Made by a program: the position numbers and the translations under genes
NCBI RefSeq assembly: GCF_001194135.2
Contig: NC_068982.1
Location: 9,564,729-9,628,471, forward strand
Length of the DNA stretch: 63,743 nucleotides
Source: Octopus bimaculoides
Lineage: Eukaryota
Reading direction: 5' to 3'
The notes under the pieces: model-generated
The model's input: the letters and a program-made list of their open reading frames with translations, nothing else
What the model was told of the DNA's origin: nothing
The model's database searches: none
Part shown: in pieces, positions 1-12,186 of the stretch
How the letters are laid out: every line of letters begins with the position of its first letter
Position numbering within the stretch: the first letter of the stretch is position 1

Positions 1-203
1 GGAACGAGGAAGATATGTTTGAATTTTTGGAAATAAGGCTCTAAATAGAGCTATTTCCGATTTGAAAAATATATGTTCACGAAGTATTTTGTGTTATACA
101 CAACTTATACAAAATTTTAAAACAAAATAGGTCTTTTAAGAGGTGAAAAATGCAACTTACATGGGAGCCGATGTGTCTACCGTCCGTCCATGATGATAGA
201 GAT

Positions 204-204
<1 letters not shown>

Positions 205-276
<72 letters not shown>

Positions 277-292
277 TGATAGATAGATAGAT
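205..292. repeat. (GATA)n microsatellite
   Basis: Near-perfect GATA tandem array read directly. Confidence 0.95.
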
Positions 293-358
293 AACCCGCC
301 GTTGATTCACCAGAAGCGATGCATTACAGGACACAATAGGAAAGTAGAATATTCTTTG

Positions 359-569
359 ATCCATTATAACTGAAAAGCTCCGATTTGCAGGGTTCAGAGT
401 TACTCGTTTCTGATTATCGGCTGATAAACCTTCAAAACTTTCATTTCATATTTCAAAACATATTCAGACAGTGGTTATTCAAAAGAAAATCAGGCTCAGT
501 TTATCATCTGGTGATCAGAAACCAGTAACTCTGAGTATTGGAAAGTGGTGCCTTTCAGTTACAATGGAT
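359..569. mobile_element. MITE-like foldback with ~70-bp imperfect terminal inverted repeats
   Basis: 359-429 (atccattataactgaaaagc...cagagttactcgtttctgat...tgataaac) is the imperfect reverse complement of 499-569. TA follows the right end and TG precedes the left end. Confidence 0.7.
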
Positions 570-1197
570 TATACATTCATTCATACATACATACATATAT
601 ACTTTATATATATATATATATATNNNNNNNNNNNNNNNNNNNNNNNNNNNNNNNNNNNNNNNNNNNNNNNNNNNNNNNNNNNNNNNNNNNNNNNNNNNNN
701 NNNNNNNNNNNNNNNNNNNNNNNNNNNNNNNNNNNNNNNNNNNNNNNNNNNNNNNNNNNNNNNNNNNATATATATTGACTCTTTTTTCCATATATATATA
801 TATATATATATATAAATATGTGTGTATGCATGTATTATTTATTTATATACATACAAACACATACATACTCACACAATCACACGAATGTATATATATATGC
901 TCCAAAACAGCAAAGGACCCAACCGTATGTATAAAAGTTGTAAAGGGCATATATCGTAAATATTCTAATCTTTTCTCAGAAATGAACAACTTTAAAAAGA
1001 CCACACCTGAATCAATAATATTCTACATATAAGAATTGCCGTAAGATGTTATGTATAAGGAAAACACACCCCAGAGCAGAACAAGGAAGAAACAGCTATT
1101 AACCTTACGTTTGGCATAACCACGAAATTTCTAGTTTTACTGCTAAAGAATTTTACACTGACAAACTAATTCAATGAACATTTCAATACATATAATC

Positions 1198-1411
1198 CTT
1201 TCTTTTTGTAGGCACATGATCTGAAAATTTGGGGTAGGGGGTAAGTTGATCACATCGACCCCTGTTCTTGACTGGTACTTAATTTATCGACCCCGAAAGG
1301 ATAATAGGCAAAGTCGACCTCTGCGGAATTTGAACTCAGAACGTAATAACGGATGAATTACCGTTAAGCATTTTGTCCGGTGTGCTAACGATTCTGCCCG
1401 CTCGCTGCCTT
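1198..1411 (-). mobile_element. tRNA-derived SINE, family C
   Basis: Reverse complement matches the family C pattern: A-box head, gagttcaaattcc B-box, gtcgactttgcct, ggggtcgat core, tail ending ttgtgcct..aaaaga. Confidence 0.9.
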
Positions 1412-1470
1412 CTTTTCAATACATATAACGTAATCGTTTCTCTGAGAATTACAAACCACGAATAAAAGTA

Positions 1471-1856
1471 CAGTAATCACTCGCCATATAGTTGTTCACC
1501 TATCGCACATTCAGTCCATCGCGGTTCACCTATCGCGCACTCAGTACACCGTGGTTCACCTATCGCGCACTCAGTACATTGCGGTTCACCTATCGTGCAC
1601 TAAATACATCGCGTTTCACCTATCGCGCACTAAATACATCGCGTTTCACCTATCACGCACTAATTACGTCGCGGTTCACCTATCGCGCACTCAGTACATG
1701 GCGGATTTTTCTGGCTAATATATGCAAATTTATATTGCGGACTCCTCAGTATATCCAGTTTTCTGCGGCCGATAGGTATTTATATTTTTTTTAGATTTTA
1801 ATTATTTCTGTGGGAGGTTTTGGAACGTAACACCTGCAATAGTCGTCGGATTACTG
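1471..1856. mobile_element. pogo/Tigger-type non-autonomous DNA transposon (MITE)
   Basis: Left end CAGTAATCACTCG and right end reverse complement CAGTAATCCGACG. TA at 1469-1470 and 1857-1858 as target duplication. Confidence 0.8.
1494..1703. repeat. 30-bp minisatellite, 7 copies, inside the pogo-type MITE
   Basis: Unit GTTCACCTATCGCGCACTCAGTACATCGCG repeats with exact 30-bp period. Confidence 0.95.
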
Positions 1857-2085
1857 TACACACGTACACAATATTGATCCCAACAACCAACTTATAACTC
1901 TGAAACAGCCTTTGGTGGTGTCATGAAGAAGCTTCGTTGCTCGGTCAATGAAATTACCTGCTCCTGAATTAACATGTAAGTGGTTAGACGAACTAGAGAC
2001 AGGTGTACCATTCACATAATTCTTAAGGGGAATCAGCATGGCGTAGTGTGTGTAGGTGTCGTTGAGAGAGAGAAAGTGGAAGAAA

Positions 2086-2136
<51 letters not shown>

Positions 2137-2159
2137 CTGTACTTTTTGAGTCTCTGGTA

Positions 2160-2320
2160 CAATCCACTTGATGGGCTTCTATAAAGTTTCTGTTGACCTA
2201 ATTTCACCCGCAACATCCGGGTTGAACCGAAGTTATAAAAGATGGCATTCGTCCCAGCAGCAATGCAATGGAATCGCACCCGATATCTCTTGGTTCTGAA
2301 GCAAACATCTTAAGCTTTCA
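2160..2320 (-). mobile_element. Old, diverged family A SINE 5' fragment
   Basis: gggcttctataaagtttctgttgacctaatttcacccgca... aligns loosely to gggcttctttcagtttccgtctaccaaatccac... of younger copies such as 18146-18298. Confidence 0.5.
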
Positions 2321-2905
2321 GCCATACAGCAGGTCAGCACATGCACACACACAAATACACACACATACACACATACACTTTCTCTCTTTTTTCTTCTCTC
2401 TCTCCTTCTCTCTCTCTTTCCCTCTCTCCTTCTCTCTCTCTCTTTCCCTCTCTCCTTCTCTCTCTCTTTCTCTCTCTCTCTATCCCACTTATATAAACAT
2501 AAACAAAATGCTTTGCTTTGTATTTTATGATATATGTATTGCATGTGTATGTATATATGTATTGTTATGTGTGTGTGTGTGACTTTGCGTTTATATGTTA
2601 ATAGTTTGGTGTAGAAGATGAGGTTTTTCCCATGACGTTCACAAGTTCTCCTAGACTGGTGAAAGTGATGCTGTTTATACCCCCTTGAAATAGTTGCAAT
2701 ACAACGACCACCAGAAAAACAAGTGGAGAGAGGGATTTCGAAAGATCTACTATTGTGGGGAGGAAGGAATGGGCGTTTTAGTTAATGAACTGGACGATTG
2801 GACGCGTGGTATACAGGCCGTATGATTGGCTATCATTTGCTGGCATCACGGACAATAGAAGACATTGAATATGAGCCAATATAAGTCAATATATAAACAG
2901 AAAAT

Positions 2906-3120
2906 GGCGGTGAGCTGGCAGAATCGTTAGCATGTCGGGCAAAATGCTTAGCAGCATTTCGTCCGTCTTTACGTTCTGAGTTCAAATTTCGCTGAGGTTG
3001 TCTATATCTTTCATCCTTTCGGAGTTGATGAAATAAGTATCAGTTGTGCAGTGGAGTCGATGTAATCGACTTCAGCCTCTCCTTCGAACTTACTGCTTTG
3101 TGCCAAAATTTGAAATCAAT
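2906..3120 (+). mobile_element. SINE family C
   Basis: ggcggtgagctggcagaatcgttagc head, gagttcaaatttc B-box, family core and tail. Confidence 0.9.
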
Positions 3121-3950
3121 AGAGAAAGAGAAAACGTCCCAGGAGAAGTGAAATAGGAAATATTAGACAGATTATAATTGGGGAGACAACTTCAAATCAT
3201 TTCTTAGAAATTAGAAATACTAGCAGTGAAGTAGTCATTGCGGTGTGTAAGTGAAGTAGTGGAAGATAAACCAGTGAATTATGATATGCTATTAAATAGT
3301 TTGATAATGAAATACAGAATTCGTGAAATAGTTCGATGAGCTGGCCTGTGGGGGTTGATGGAATGAGATGGGTAAAGACTTATCAAAACTAGATCGAAAT
3401 ATCAAATCTGATTCTGATGTGAAGACAAGTCACGATCCGCTGCTTCATCTTTCCCACAGCTTCATTTTCATTCCACATTAGTTATTCTAGTTTATCCTAT
3501 CCTTTAAACTGGCTACGCGTCAAGAAATCTCCAAGGAATACAGAACTGAGTCAGCCGAAATGAATTTTTATAGTCTACAAGGTATCGATTTATTGTCACC
3601 TATTCATTACTACTTACAGAAATTGCATGTGTCAGTGTGTTTTTGTAAATATTTGTGTGTATGTGTGTGAGTGTGTGAGTGTGTATGTTTGTATGCATGT
3701 ATGTACGTATGTATGTAAACCGAGAGCAATATGAAACATATTGTTTATCTTCTATCATAACATAAATTATATAATCTCTACATGTGTTTCACTTGCGAAT
3801 ACAAGCATGTTATAATAGTTACGTAGACGGTTGCATAATCACAGTGAATTGCAAAATTTTCGAAGAATATTTTCTTAACTCAAGTAAGCAGCCGGTCAAA
3901 ATGTTCTCCAAATAAGAAAGAGAAAGAGAAATACATACATACATAGGTAT

Positions 3951-4425
3951 CTGTAGTTATTCTATCCAGATTAAAAGTGCTGGTTTATACCTGTGATTAT
4001 TGGGTGACTGGAATATGTAACACTCTGCCTTAAATACCAGTCTTGAGAAATTAGGCTTCTGAAAACCAGGAAGAAGAAAACTGATTCGAAGATTACACGT
4101 CCAAGCCATCATTGGGACTGTAAATATCTGTAAAACTTTCCAGAAGTTTATCATCTAAGTATATANNNNNNNNNNATATATATATATATATAAGTATGTC
4201 TAGATATGCAAATATATGCATTAGAATGTATACATAAAACAAAAAACATACACATCTGCACACATACATACATACATACATACATGCATACATACATACA
4301 AAAATATCTTGTTGATGTTGTTGAAACTCAAATAAAAGAGCCTTGGATCTAGGTTAGAAACCGGCTCTCTCTCTCTCTATTGGCAAGCAATCTTGAAATA
4401 AATCTGAATAATGACATCCATACAT
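3951..4425 (+). mobile_element. 5'-truncated non-LTR retrotransposon: REL endonuclease C-terminus plus 3' UTR (R4/Dong-like)
   Basis: Frameshifted translation L*LFYPD*KCWFIPVIIG*LEYV...LEKLGF...RRLHVQAIIGTVNICKTFQKFII* (stop 4156-4158) fits the IPxxxGxLG...GTxxI C-terminal motif of restriction-like-endonuclease LINEs. The 3' module at 4308-4415 recurs at 30420-30500. Confidence 0.7.
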
Positions 4426-5752
4426 AAATGCTGTGTGTATGTAAGTATGCAATCCCACAAACTCCATACCTTCTTAAAAAGACGGGATGCTTAGAGATGC
4501 ACATTGGAATTACACTAGTGAGCCACCACCAATATATTTTGACTTATCTGCTGAACTCGTCCAAATGTTCTATTAAGAACTTCAGTAAAGATGTTGATAG
4601 CTCTTCGATGATATTTTTTCCATTTCGCTTCACATCACTTATTGACGACAATAAAAATAATAATAAAGAAAAAGAAAAAAATCCACAACAACTACAAATG
4701 CCAGGAGATAGTGAAGACAAGATATGGAAGAAGGAGAAAGCATAAATGTCGAAGTCGAAGCAATGATCAGCGTCAGTAATGTTATTTAAGTAATCTAGAA
4801 GTGATCTGAATACGATCTTAAGAATAAGTTTTTTTTTTTCTTTGCCACCATTTTTTCTTCAGTGATATCGACAGAATTCAACCATTTGTTGAGCTTTCCA
4901 TGTTAACTTTTTAATTATCTCTCTTTTGGTTGCAACTGTGTATGTAATGTAACGTAAATCTGATTAAGTAGTTATTCACCTGGATATTTTCAATACTTGT
5001 CTTCTTACTTCAGAATGTAGTCAAGAGAAATTATAGAAGGACATCCAACATAGACAACACTCTATGTCGTGTGCGCGTGTGTGTATGTGTGTGCATGTCA
5101 TTCGCAATACGTCAATGTACTCGCAAAATTGTGACTTACACACATTTTAGCCAATGTTTTGTCTACTGGTTTAATATCTGAACAGAACTTCATAGCAACC
5201 GAGGCAATATCTGTCACTGGGAAGGCAAACTTGGGAAATAGTCCGATGCCTGACAGTCAACTGGCATCATTTACATTACATTTACGCACACGAAATTCTT
5301 GAGACTAAATTAAAACCGAATGCCACTCTACATTTGCGTGAACATGAACATGTTTTGAACAATGTACACATCGTTATTAAAATCTCTATTTCAAGTGTGT
5401 ATAATATAAATCAATAAATTTGTTACTAGGTCAAAAATGCTTGAGGCTTATTCAACACCGTAAGAAAGTCATTCATAATATTTTTGTCGTGAAGAAAGTC
5501 TTCTCGCTGTTGACAAATAAGTGTACATACACCAAGTCAAATCGAAGTGTTTCCTATTCCGACTCATGGATGAGTGCATTTCGGAGTAGTTATCTCCCCT
5601 AATTTATGCGACATTAGGGAGGGGAAGCGCTGTGAACTTACAAGGAGATATTCTCTCTTCTTATACTCCTGTCAGCTGTAATTAACTACGGATTAGAAGT
5701 GCTAAGCAGTGATCTGTACAAATATAAACCGGTTATCAATTCAAATATGAAT

Positions 5753-5793
<41 letters not shown>

Positions 5794-5970
5794 TACACAG
5801 ACAGAGACACACATTAATAAACCAGGGTGCAAAATAGCACAGGTGATTGCTATAAATGAGAGTCAAAATCTAACTCAGAAGGCCACTAAAAGCACTAATC
5901 TCATGATACATACGGGATTCGGACACAGCAATCTAAACGATCTTTCCCTTGTGAGATATACATACACGGT

Positions 5971-6348
5971 GGAAGCGCAATGGCCCAGTGGTTAGGGCAG
6001 CGGACTCTCGGTCGTAGGATAGCGATTTCAATTCCTAAACCGGGCGTTGTGAGCGTTTATTGAGTGGAAATACATAAAGCTCCACGAGGCTCCGGCAGGG
6101 GATGGTGGCGAACCCTGCTGTACTCTTTCACCACAACTGTCGCTCACTCTTTCTTCCTGTTTCTGTTGTGCCTGTAAATCAAAAGGTCAGCCTTGTCACA
6201 CTGTGTCACGCTGAATCTCCCCCGAGAACTACATTAAGGGTACACGTGTCTGAGGAGTGCTCAGGCACTTGCAGGTTAATTTCACGACCAGGCTGTTCCG
6301 TTGATCGGATCAACTGGAACCCTCGTCGTCGTAACCGACGGAGTGCCA
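5971..6348 (+). mobile_element. tRNA-derived SINE, family B, full length
   Basis: A-box tggcccagtgg, B-box-like atttcaattcc. Highly similar along its length to 11422-11790. Confidence 0.92.
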
Positions 6349-7384
6349 CGAGGATACATACATATTTATATATAATGATACTTTCCGTTGTTGCTTTCGT
6401 TTCGTGAAGGAAAACCAGAAAAATTCCAGAAGTTTCTCTTTTAAAAAATTGTAAGAGAAGGATGCTCAGATCGATGAAAATATCTCTCTTGAGAGTTCAT
6501 ATCTGGCGGATGAAACTTAGACCGGTTGAGAAAATGTACTTTTGCGAATGAAACTAACGTTTGTCGTTCTGTTTTTGTCTCTTTATTAGTGTGTGTGTGA
6601 GTGTGTGTACATTAGTCATTCAGTTATATTTATATCGTGTAGCATCCGTTGAAAATCACAATAATTTGCATTTGTCATTGATTTTTTGGCAAATATATAT
6701 TTATTCCAAAATTATCAGTCAGAATGCGTAATATGAAGAAGAACGGCCATTTGTGCTTTCAACGTCAAACGCTTAGAAGTCAGGCTATTGTCTACTTAGA
6801 GAAAGTTTTAGAATTTCGAAATTTCAAATGAATAAATTTGAATTCGGATTACAACCTTGTTCCTTCTCTTCCAGATATAAGAAAACAAAAGAAAGTACCC
6901 ATACATCTATTTACCACAGTGTGTGTGCATACACGCGCACGCACACACACACACGCACGCACGCACACATACATACATACATACATACATACATGCATAC
7001 ATACATATATACATAACTTATGAGAGAAACGGAAAATGGAATTCTTTGTTAATCTTTATTCTTTATTAATCAAAACGATCGTTTCGACCCATCTTGCATC
7101 TCTCCCTCGCGAGTGAGATACTATGCAACTAGTTATGGTGCATCCTTAGGTGCAGATGTGTCTCGTTAGGTGAGTTTCTAAAAGCTACTTCACTCACTAA
7201 ACATGGTTTCACTTGGTTAGATTATAAAATATGTCGTTATTTGCCTGTAGGTGGTTGCTTAAAGGTTTGTGCTTACACACAGACACACGCACACGCACAC
7301 ACGCACACACGCATACACACACATAAACACACACACACAAACACACACACACACACACACACATAAAAAATCCCCCAAAAGAAG

Positions 7385-7562
7385 AAGAAACACAAAAAAC
7401 ACAACAACGTGAGTAGTAGTACATGTAAAGTATTAGCAGACGGTCGAGGAAGGAAAGAGAGATGATCTAACGTTGCGAGCCTACGCTCTTCATCAGAAAG
7501 GAATAAGAGAAAACAAACAGAGAGAGTTAAAAAAACTTGTTGATTTAGTAGGCACAGGCCTA
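7385..7562 (-). mobile_element. Short repeat carrying a hammerhead-like motif (family H2); core mutated
   Basis: Minus strand CUUU-CUGAUGA-A-GAGC-GUAG-GCUC-GCAA-CGUU at 7465-7500, with GAAA changed to GCAA. Homologous to 52885-53062. Confidence 0.7.
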
Positions 7563-7628
7563 TATATTTATATATATATATATATATGGGGGTGGTGGTT
7601 TGTGTGACACAGAGAGAGAGAGGTGGGG

Positions 7629-7773
7629 GTGCAGGTGTGGCTGTGTGGTAATAAATTGACGCCGGGTTCAGTCCCACTGCGTGGCACTTTGGGTGTCTTC
7701 TACTACAGCCTCAGGCTAACCAAATTCTTGTGAGTGTATTTGATAAACGGAAACCGAAACTGAAAGAAACGTT

Positions 7774-7776
<3 letters not shown>
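7629..7776 (+). mobile_element. SINE family A, 5' part
   Basis: gcaggtgtggctgtgtggta...gggttcagtcccactgcgtggcac...aaactgaaagaa matches the family A head. Confidence 0.85.
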
Positions 7777-7807
<31 letters not shown>

Positions 7808-8311
7808 ATGCAGACTGACAGACAGATTGATAGGTAGATGGTCAGAGAGACATCACACTCCGAATTATTTCCAGCCGTTAATTTATGAATATAGATACGC
7901 CAATACCCATATTATATCTATTCAGTCATTTTACTTCGAGAACTACTAAAAACAACTTCTTACTGGAACCTGACAAATTATATACACAAACGAGCGCACA
8001 AAAACTCGTCTGTAGCTACACGTGCAGTGTTGCGTTTTTCGCCAAACAAGCAGACGACTCCATTACAGTCAAATAGTTGACTTCTTAGAATTTGTTTAAT
8101 GAACCTCGCGTGACGCCTCGAATAAGCAACACATAAGCCAGAGAAAGTAAGCTTTTTCGTTTTTATAGGGGCGAATGAATGTGCACAATAGTGTTACTTC
8201 GGAGTCAGCTAATAAATAACGACTACCAAATCTTTACAACATCAGATTATCATAAATAAAGATGCTACAATACACACACTCATACAGACATATACACACA
8301 TATATACATAC

Positions 8312-8342
<31 letters not shown>

Positions 8343-8959
8343 AATGATATATACATACACTTGTATACATGCATACATACATACATATATNNNNNNNNNN
8401 NNNNNNNNNNNNNNNNNNNNNNNNNNNNNNNNCAATCAAAGGACTTACTAAGTATGTCTGCCTGCTTGAAATAACAGTCAAAACTCGTTATTAAATCGCC
8501 AAAAATAGACTGGTAATTACTACAGAAATCAAACGAATGCGAAATTAGTTAAGACAATCAACTTACGTACATGTGGATTTACGTGTTTCTGCATTGGCAT
8601 TTATATGCCTTAGCTTCTTCAGCACGTATAACCATAAGAGCGGCCGTTAACCTGTCCTTCACGAAATCTGTGCCGCCACTGATTCGTTTCGCGCCGAAAT
8701 CGTAGCAGCTTTCCAGTGTAACATATTCTCGTTGCCGAATTTTACGAGAATATAAAAATAATATATACATACATAGATTTATATATATACCTACGTATTT
8801 GAGTGTGTGTGTCTATTTCTGTATGTGTGTGTGTGTGTGGTGTGTTTGTGTGTGTACTAAATAAGGTAACAAGAGGAGAAAAAAATTTAAATTACAACAC
8901 AGGGAGGACATCTTTTAGTAAATACTGTATTAGCTTAACGTATTAATGGGAGAAGAATG

Positions 8960-9330
8960 TATTGTAATGTTTCGAACTTTAGCCCTTCATCAGAAGAAAG
9001 AGACAAATCATAGGGGACGTGACGAAGTGGAATAACCACTAAGATTGAAATAGATGAGATAATAGGAACCATGCGAGAATGCATTTCTATAGGGGAGGGT
9101 GAGTAAAAAGAGGTGAGGTGGGGCGGGACAGTTAGTGTGTGTGTATATGAATAGAAATGTGAAAATTCGTTTGTAGAGCTGTGTATGTTAGTGGGAGCGT
9201 GGGAGTGGTGGTATATGTAATTGATGAATTAGAAAAACACGAGTGCGAGGAGGTGCGCGCAGATGTAAGTGTGAGTCAAGAGGATAGGCAAGACGAATGT
9301 GGATGGTGTATATACAAGGGTTTAAGTATG
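8960..9330 (-). mobile_element. Probable Penelope-type pLTR remnant with degenerate hammerhead (family H3)
   Basis: A pyrimidine-rich minus-strand tract ends in CUGAUGA-A-GGGC-UAAA-GUUC-GAAA-CAUU at 8960-9000. Stem I is not recoverable. Confidence 0.45.
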
Positions 9331-9352
9331 AGACGCTTACATACGTACATAC

Positions 9353-9393
<41 letters not shown>

Positions 9394-9588
9394 NNNNNNN
9401 NNNNNNNNNNNNNNNNNNNNNNNNNNNNNNNNNNNNNNNNNNNNNNNNNNNNNNNNNNNNNNNNNNNNNNNNNNNNNNNNNNNNNNNNNNNNNNNNNNNN
9501 NNNNNNNNNNNNNNNNNNNNNNNNNNNNNNNNNNNNNNNNNNNNNNNNNNNNNNNNNNNNNNNNNNNNNNNNNNNNNNNNNNNNTATA

Positions 9589-9881
9589 TTATAGCCTCGA
9601 GCTGACCAAAGCCTTGTGAGTGAATTGGGTAGGCGGAAGCTGAAAGAAGCCCGTCGTATATATGTATTTATATGTGTGAGTTTGTGTGTCTGTGTTGGCC
9701 CCCCTAGCATTGCTTGACAACCGATGCTAGTTTGTTCATGTTCCCGTCACTTAGTGGTTCAGCAAAGACACCGACAAAATAAGTACTAGGCTTACAAAGA
9801 ATAAGTCCCTGGGTTGATTCGCTCGAATAGAGGCGGTGCTCCAGCATGGCCGCAGTCAAATGACTGAAACAAGTAATAGAG
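9589..9881 (+). mobile_element. SINE family A, 5' end lost in N gap
   Basis: tatagcctcg..accaaagccttgtgagtg through ggcggtgctccagcatggccgcagtcaaatgactgaaacaag tail. Confidence 0.92.
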
Positions 9882-10564
9882 TATATATATATATAATTCC
9901 AGGAGAGTTAGAGGTTGTGAATCCAACCAACTAAGGGATGATATCTATCCAATATATTGCTGATAGAATATCCAATTATTAATACACAAGTGTTTTTTTT
10001 TCTCATTGCATGGCAGTTACACTACTGAATGTAATAAATGGGTCAGGGTAAAAATATGTTTTACCCTTAATTTATACGGCAATAAGAAAATGGAGGGGAT
10101 CAACTTTTAGACATCATATAATGTCTATTTATTAAAAAGAAAAATGATAAAAATATACATACATGTATAACTTATTATGGTTTACATATATAAAAATACC
10201 AGTAATTATTAAAATATATAACATAGACCATAGAGACTATATTTCAATAAATAAATAGACATAATATAATGCCTAAAACTTGATAAATACCCACTCTTGA
10301 TCCCCTCAAAGCAAACGAATCCTCGCTCAGCAACCAACTTCCAAACAGTTGACGGCCATCACATCGACCAATTGCGCCATATTTTCGTCACTTCTTCTCC
10401 AAGCTTTTTCTTCCTTGTATTTCTTCCTCATTCTCCAGTCTATATTCTACTCCGTAAAAGAACACCGTCCGATATTTTATAAACATTGATGCTTTCCATG
10501 TCTCTGCCCATCTACCTAATCATGTTTCTCCACCACTCTCCTTTCTTCTTCGACTTCTCTACCA

Positions 10565-10941
10565 CTTGTACCAAACATTGGCATTGAAAGTTATTCAAAC
10601 TGCAGAACGGGGTACCATTGCATAGAGCCAAGGATCCCAGCATCGCCATCAAAATACAGGACCAGATACTGCAACAGCTTGGGCTTTAAGGGCCCACATC
10701 TCTTTAATATCCTTCCAAAATGCCTGAGAGGCCTGCATGGTGTGTATGTAAGTATCTTTAAAACAAAACTGGATCTCTTCCTGTTACAGGTTCCAGACGA
10801 GCCTACCACACGGCAGGAAACACAGATGAGGGCAGCAGCATCAAACTCCCTCATTAACCAAATGTCACATATTGGAGAAGGTTCCAAATAATGATGTAGC
10901 TCAGTCAATGGTGGTGCTCTAGCATGACCGCAACTGAAACA
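10565..10941 (+). mobile_element. CR1/L2-group LINE ORF2 C-terminus and 3' end
   Basis: Open frame LVPNIGIESYSNCRTGYHC...NSLGFKGPHLFNILPKCLR...FKTKLDLFLLQVPDEP...RAAASNSLINQ...* (stop 10889-10891) resembles the C-terminal region of CR1/L2-group ORF2. A short 3' UTR follows. Confidence 0.8.
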
Positions 10942-11421
10942 TCTTTTAAAAATATTTTACCTGGTATGTATCATTTTGTATTATACCCTTGTTCGCAAGC
11001 TGACCAATATTAGTTTGCTGCGACGAAGAAATGATTTGACATCTCTTACAGAACGCATCGAAGAAAAGATACTATTTTGTGTATAAGCAAAGATATTATT
11101 TGATTTAGACAACTAATTTTTAACAATACGTCTGGCTCAGTAGCTGAAGTTATTTTTATCTCAAATAGGTTTTTATCTATCCGAAGACAACACCATGCGT
11201 TGCTTTTGTCGCAACTTTTTATCTCCAGGTCACATTTGTTCACGCAGCGCTGTTCAAAGGCGATATAACCGTGTTTGTTCATTTATGTATATGTAGTTCA
11301 GTCGGTTAGTCGTAACGAACAAAGTATACAAGAAGATACTGGTACGGCATCGGGTGATAAACATTTCATTTCCAATTTAAATACTAATGCATTAACTTCG
11401 CAGTATAATGCTAAAAACTGT

Positions 11422-11790
11422 GGAAGTGCAATGGCCTAGTGGTTAGGGTAGCGGACTCGCGGTCATAGGATTGCGGTTTCGATTCCCAGACCGGGCGTTG
11501 TGAGTGTTTATTGAGCGAAATCACCTAAAGCTCCACGAGTCTCCGGCAGGGGATGGTGGCGAACCCTGCTGTATTCTTTCACCTCAACTTTCTCTCACTC
11601 TTTCTTCCTGTTTCTGTTGTACTTGTATTTCGAAGGAGTCACACTGTGTCACACTGAATATCCCCGAGAACTACGTTAAGGGTACACGTGTCTGTTGAGT
11701 GCTCAGCCACTTGCACGTTAATTTCACGAGCAGGCTGTTCCGTTGATCGCATCAACTGGAACCCTCGTCGTCGTAACCGACGGAGTGCCG
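11422..11790 (+). mobile_element. SINE family B, full length
   Basis: Colinear with 5971-6348. tRNA-like head with B-box gtttcgattccc. Confidence 0.92.
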
Positions 11791-11890
11791 CGACTAAACA
11801 CTGCGAATGGCAACATTGCAAGCTTATCTAGTAGAATACGTGTCAGTATTTGATCCATCCCCATGTGAGAAAGCACGTGGAATAATGAGC

Positions 11891-12186
11891 AGGGTATTCG
11901 ATTCCCGATCGTACAGCTGTGAGTTCAATTCTCGGTGACGCGTTGCGTCCTTGAGCAAGACACTTTATTTCTCGTTTGCTCCAGTCCACCCAGCTTACAA
12001 GAACGATATGTGCCTGTATTTCAAATGGTCAGCAATATCACATTCTGTGTCATGCTGAATCGCCCTGAGAACTACATTAAGGGTACACGTGTCTGTGGAA
12101 TGCTCAGCCACTTGCACATTAATTTCACGAGCAGGCTATTCCTTTGATTGGAGCAACTGCGACACTCGTCGCCGTAACAGACAGAA
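11891..12186 (+). mobile_element. SINE with a different head and middle but the family B 3' module
   Basis: gagttcaattctc B-box and gtccttgagcaagacacttt middle, then the tgtgtcatgctgaat...gtaacagac module shared with family B. Confidence 0.8.

Noticed and set aside
1-180. Possible DNA transposon end (minus strand cacatcggctcccatgtaag...)
   Set aside because: Only one end is visible and it does not clearly match a superfamily TIR.
1494-1703. CRISPR-like appearance of the 30-bp array
   Set aside because: Units are contiguous with no unique spacers, there are no cas genes, and the context is eukaryotic.
1909-1975. AG...GTAAGT-bounded 67-nt segment
   Set aside because: Stops in all three frames and no other support. 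Could only be a non-coding exon.
4540-4640. Minus-strand DVKRNGKNIIEELSTSLLKFLIEHLDEFS after a pyrimidine tract
   Set aside because: No GT donor (CAG|ATAAGT) and it is too short to assign.
5201-5246. ctgtca-ctgggaa...ggaaa...tgacag with a 6-bp closing stem
   Set aside because: The core deviates at several invariant positions.
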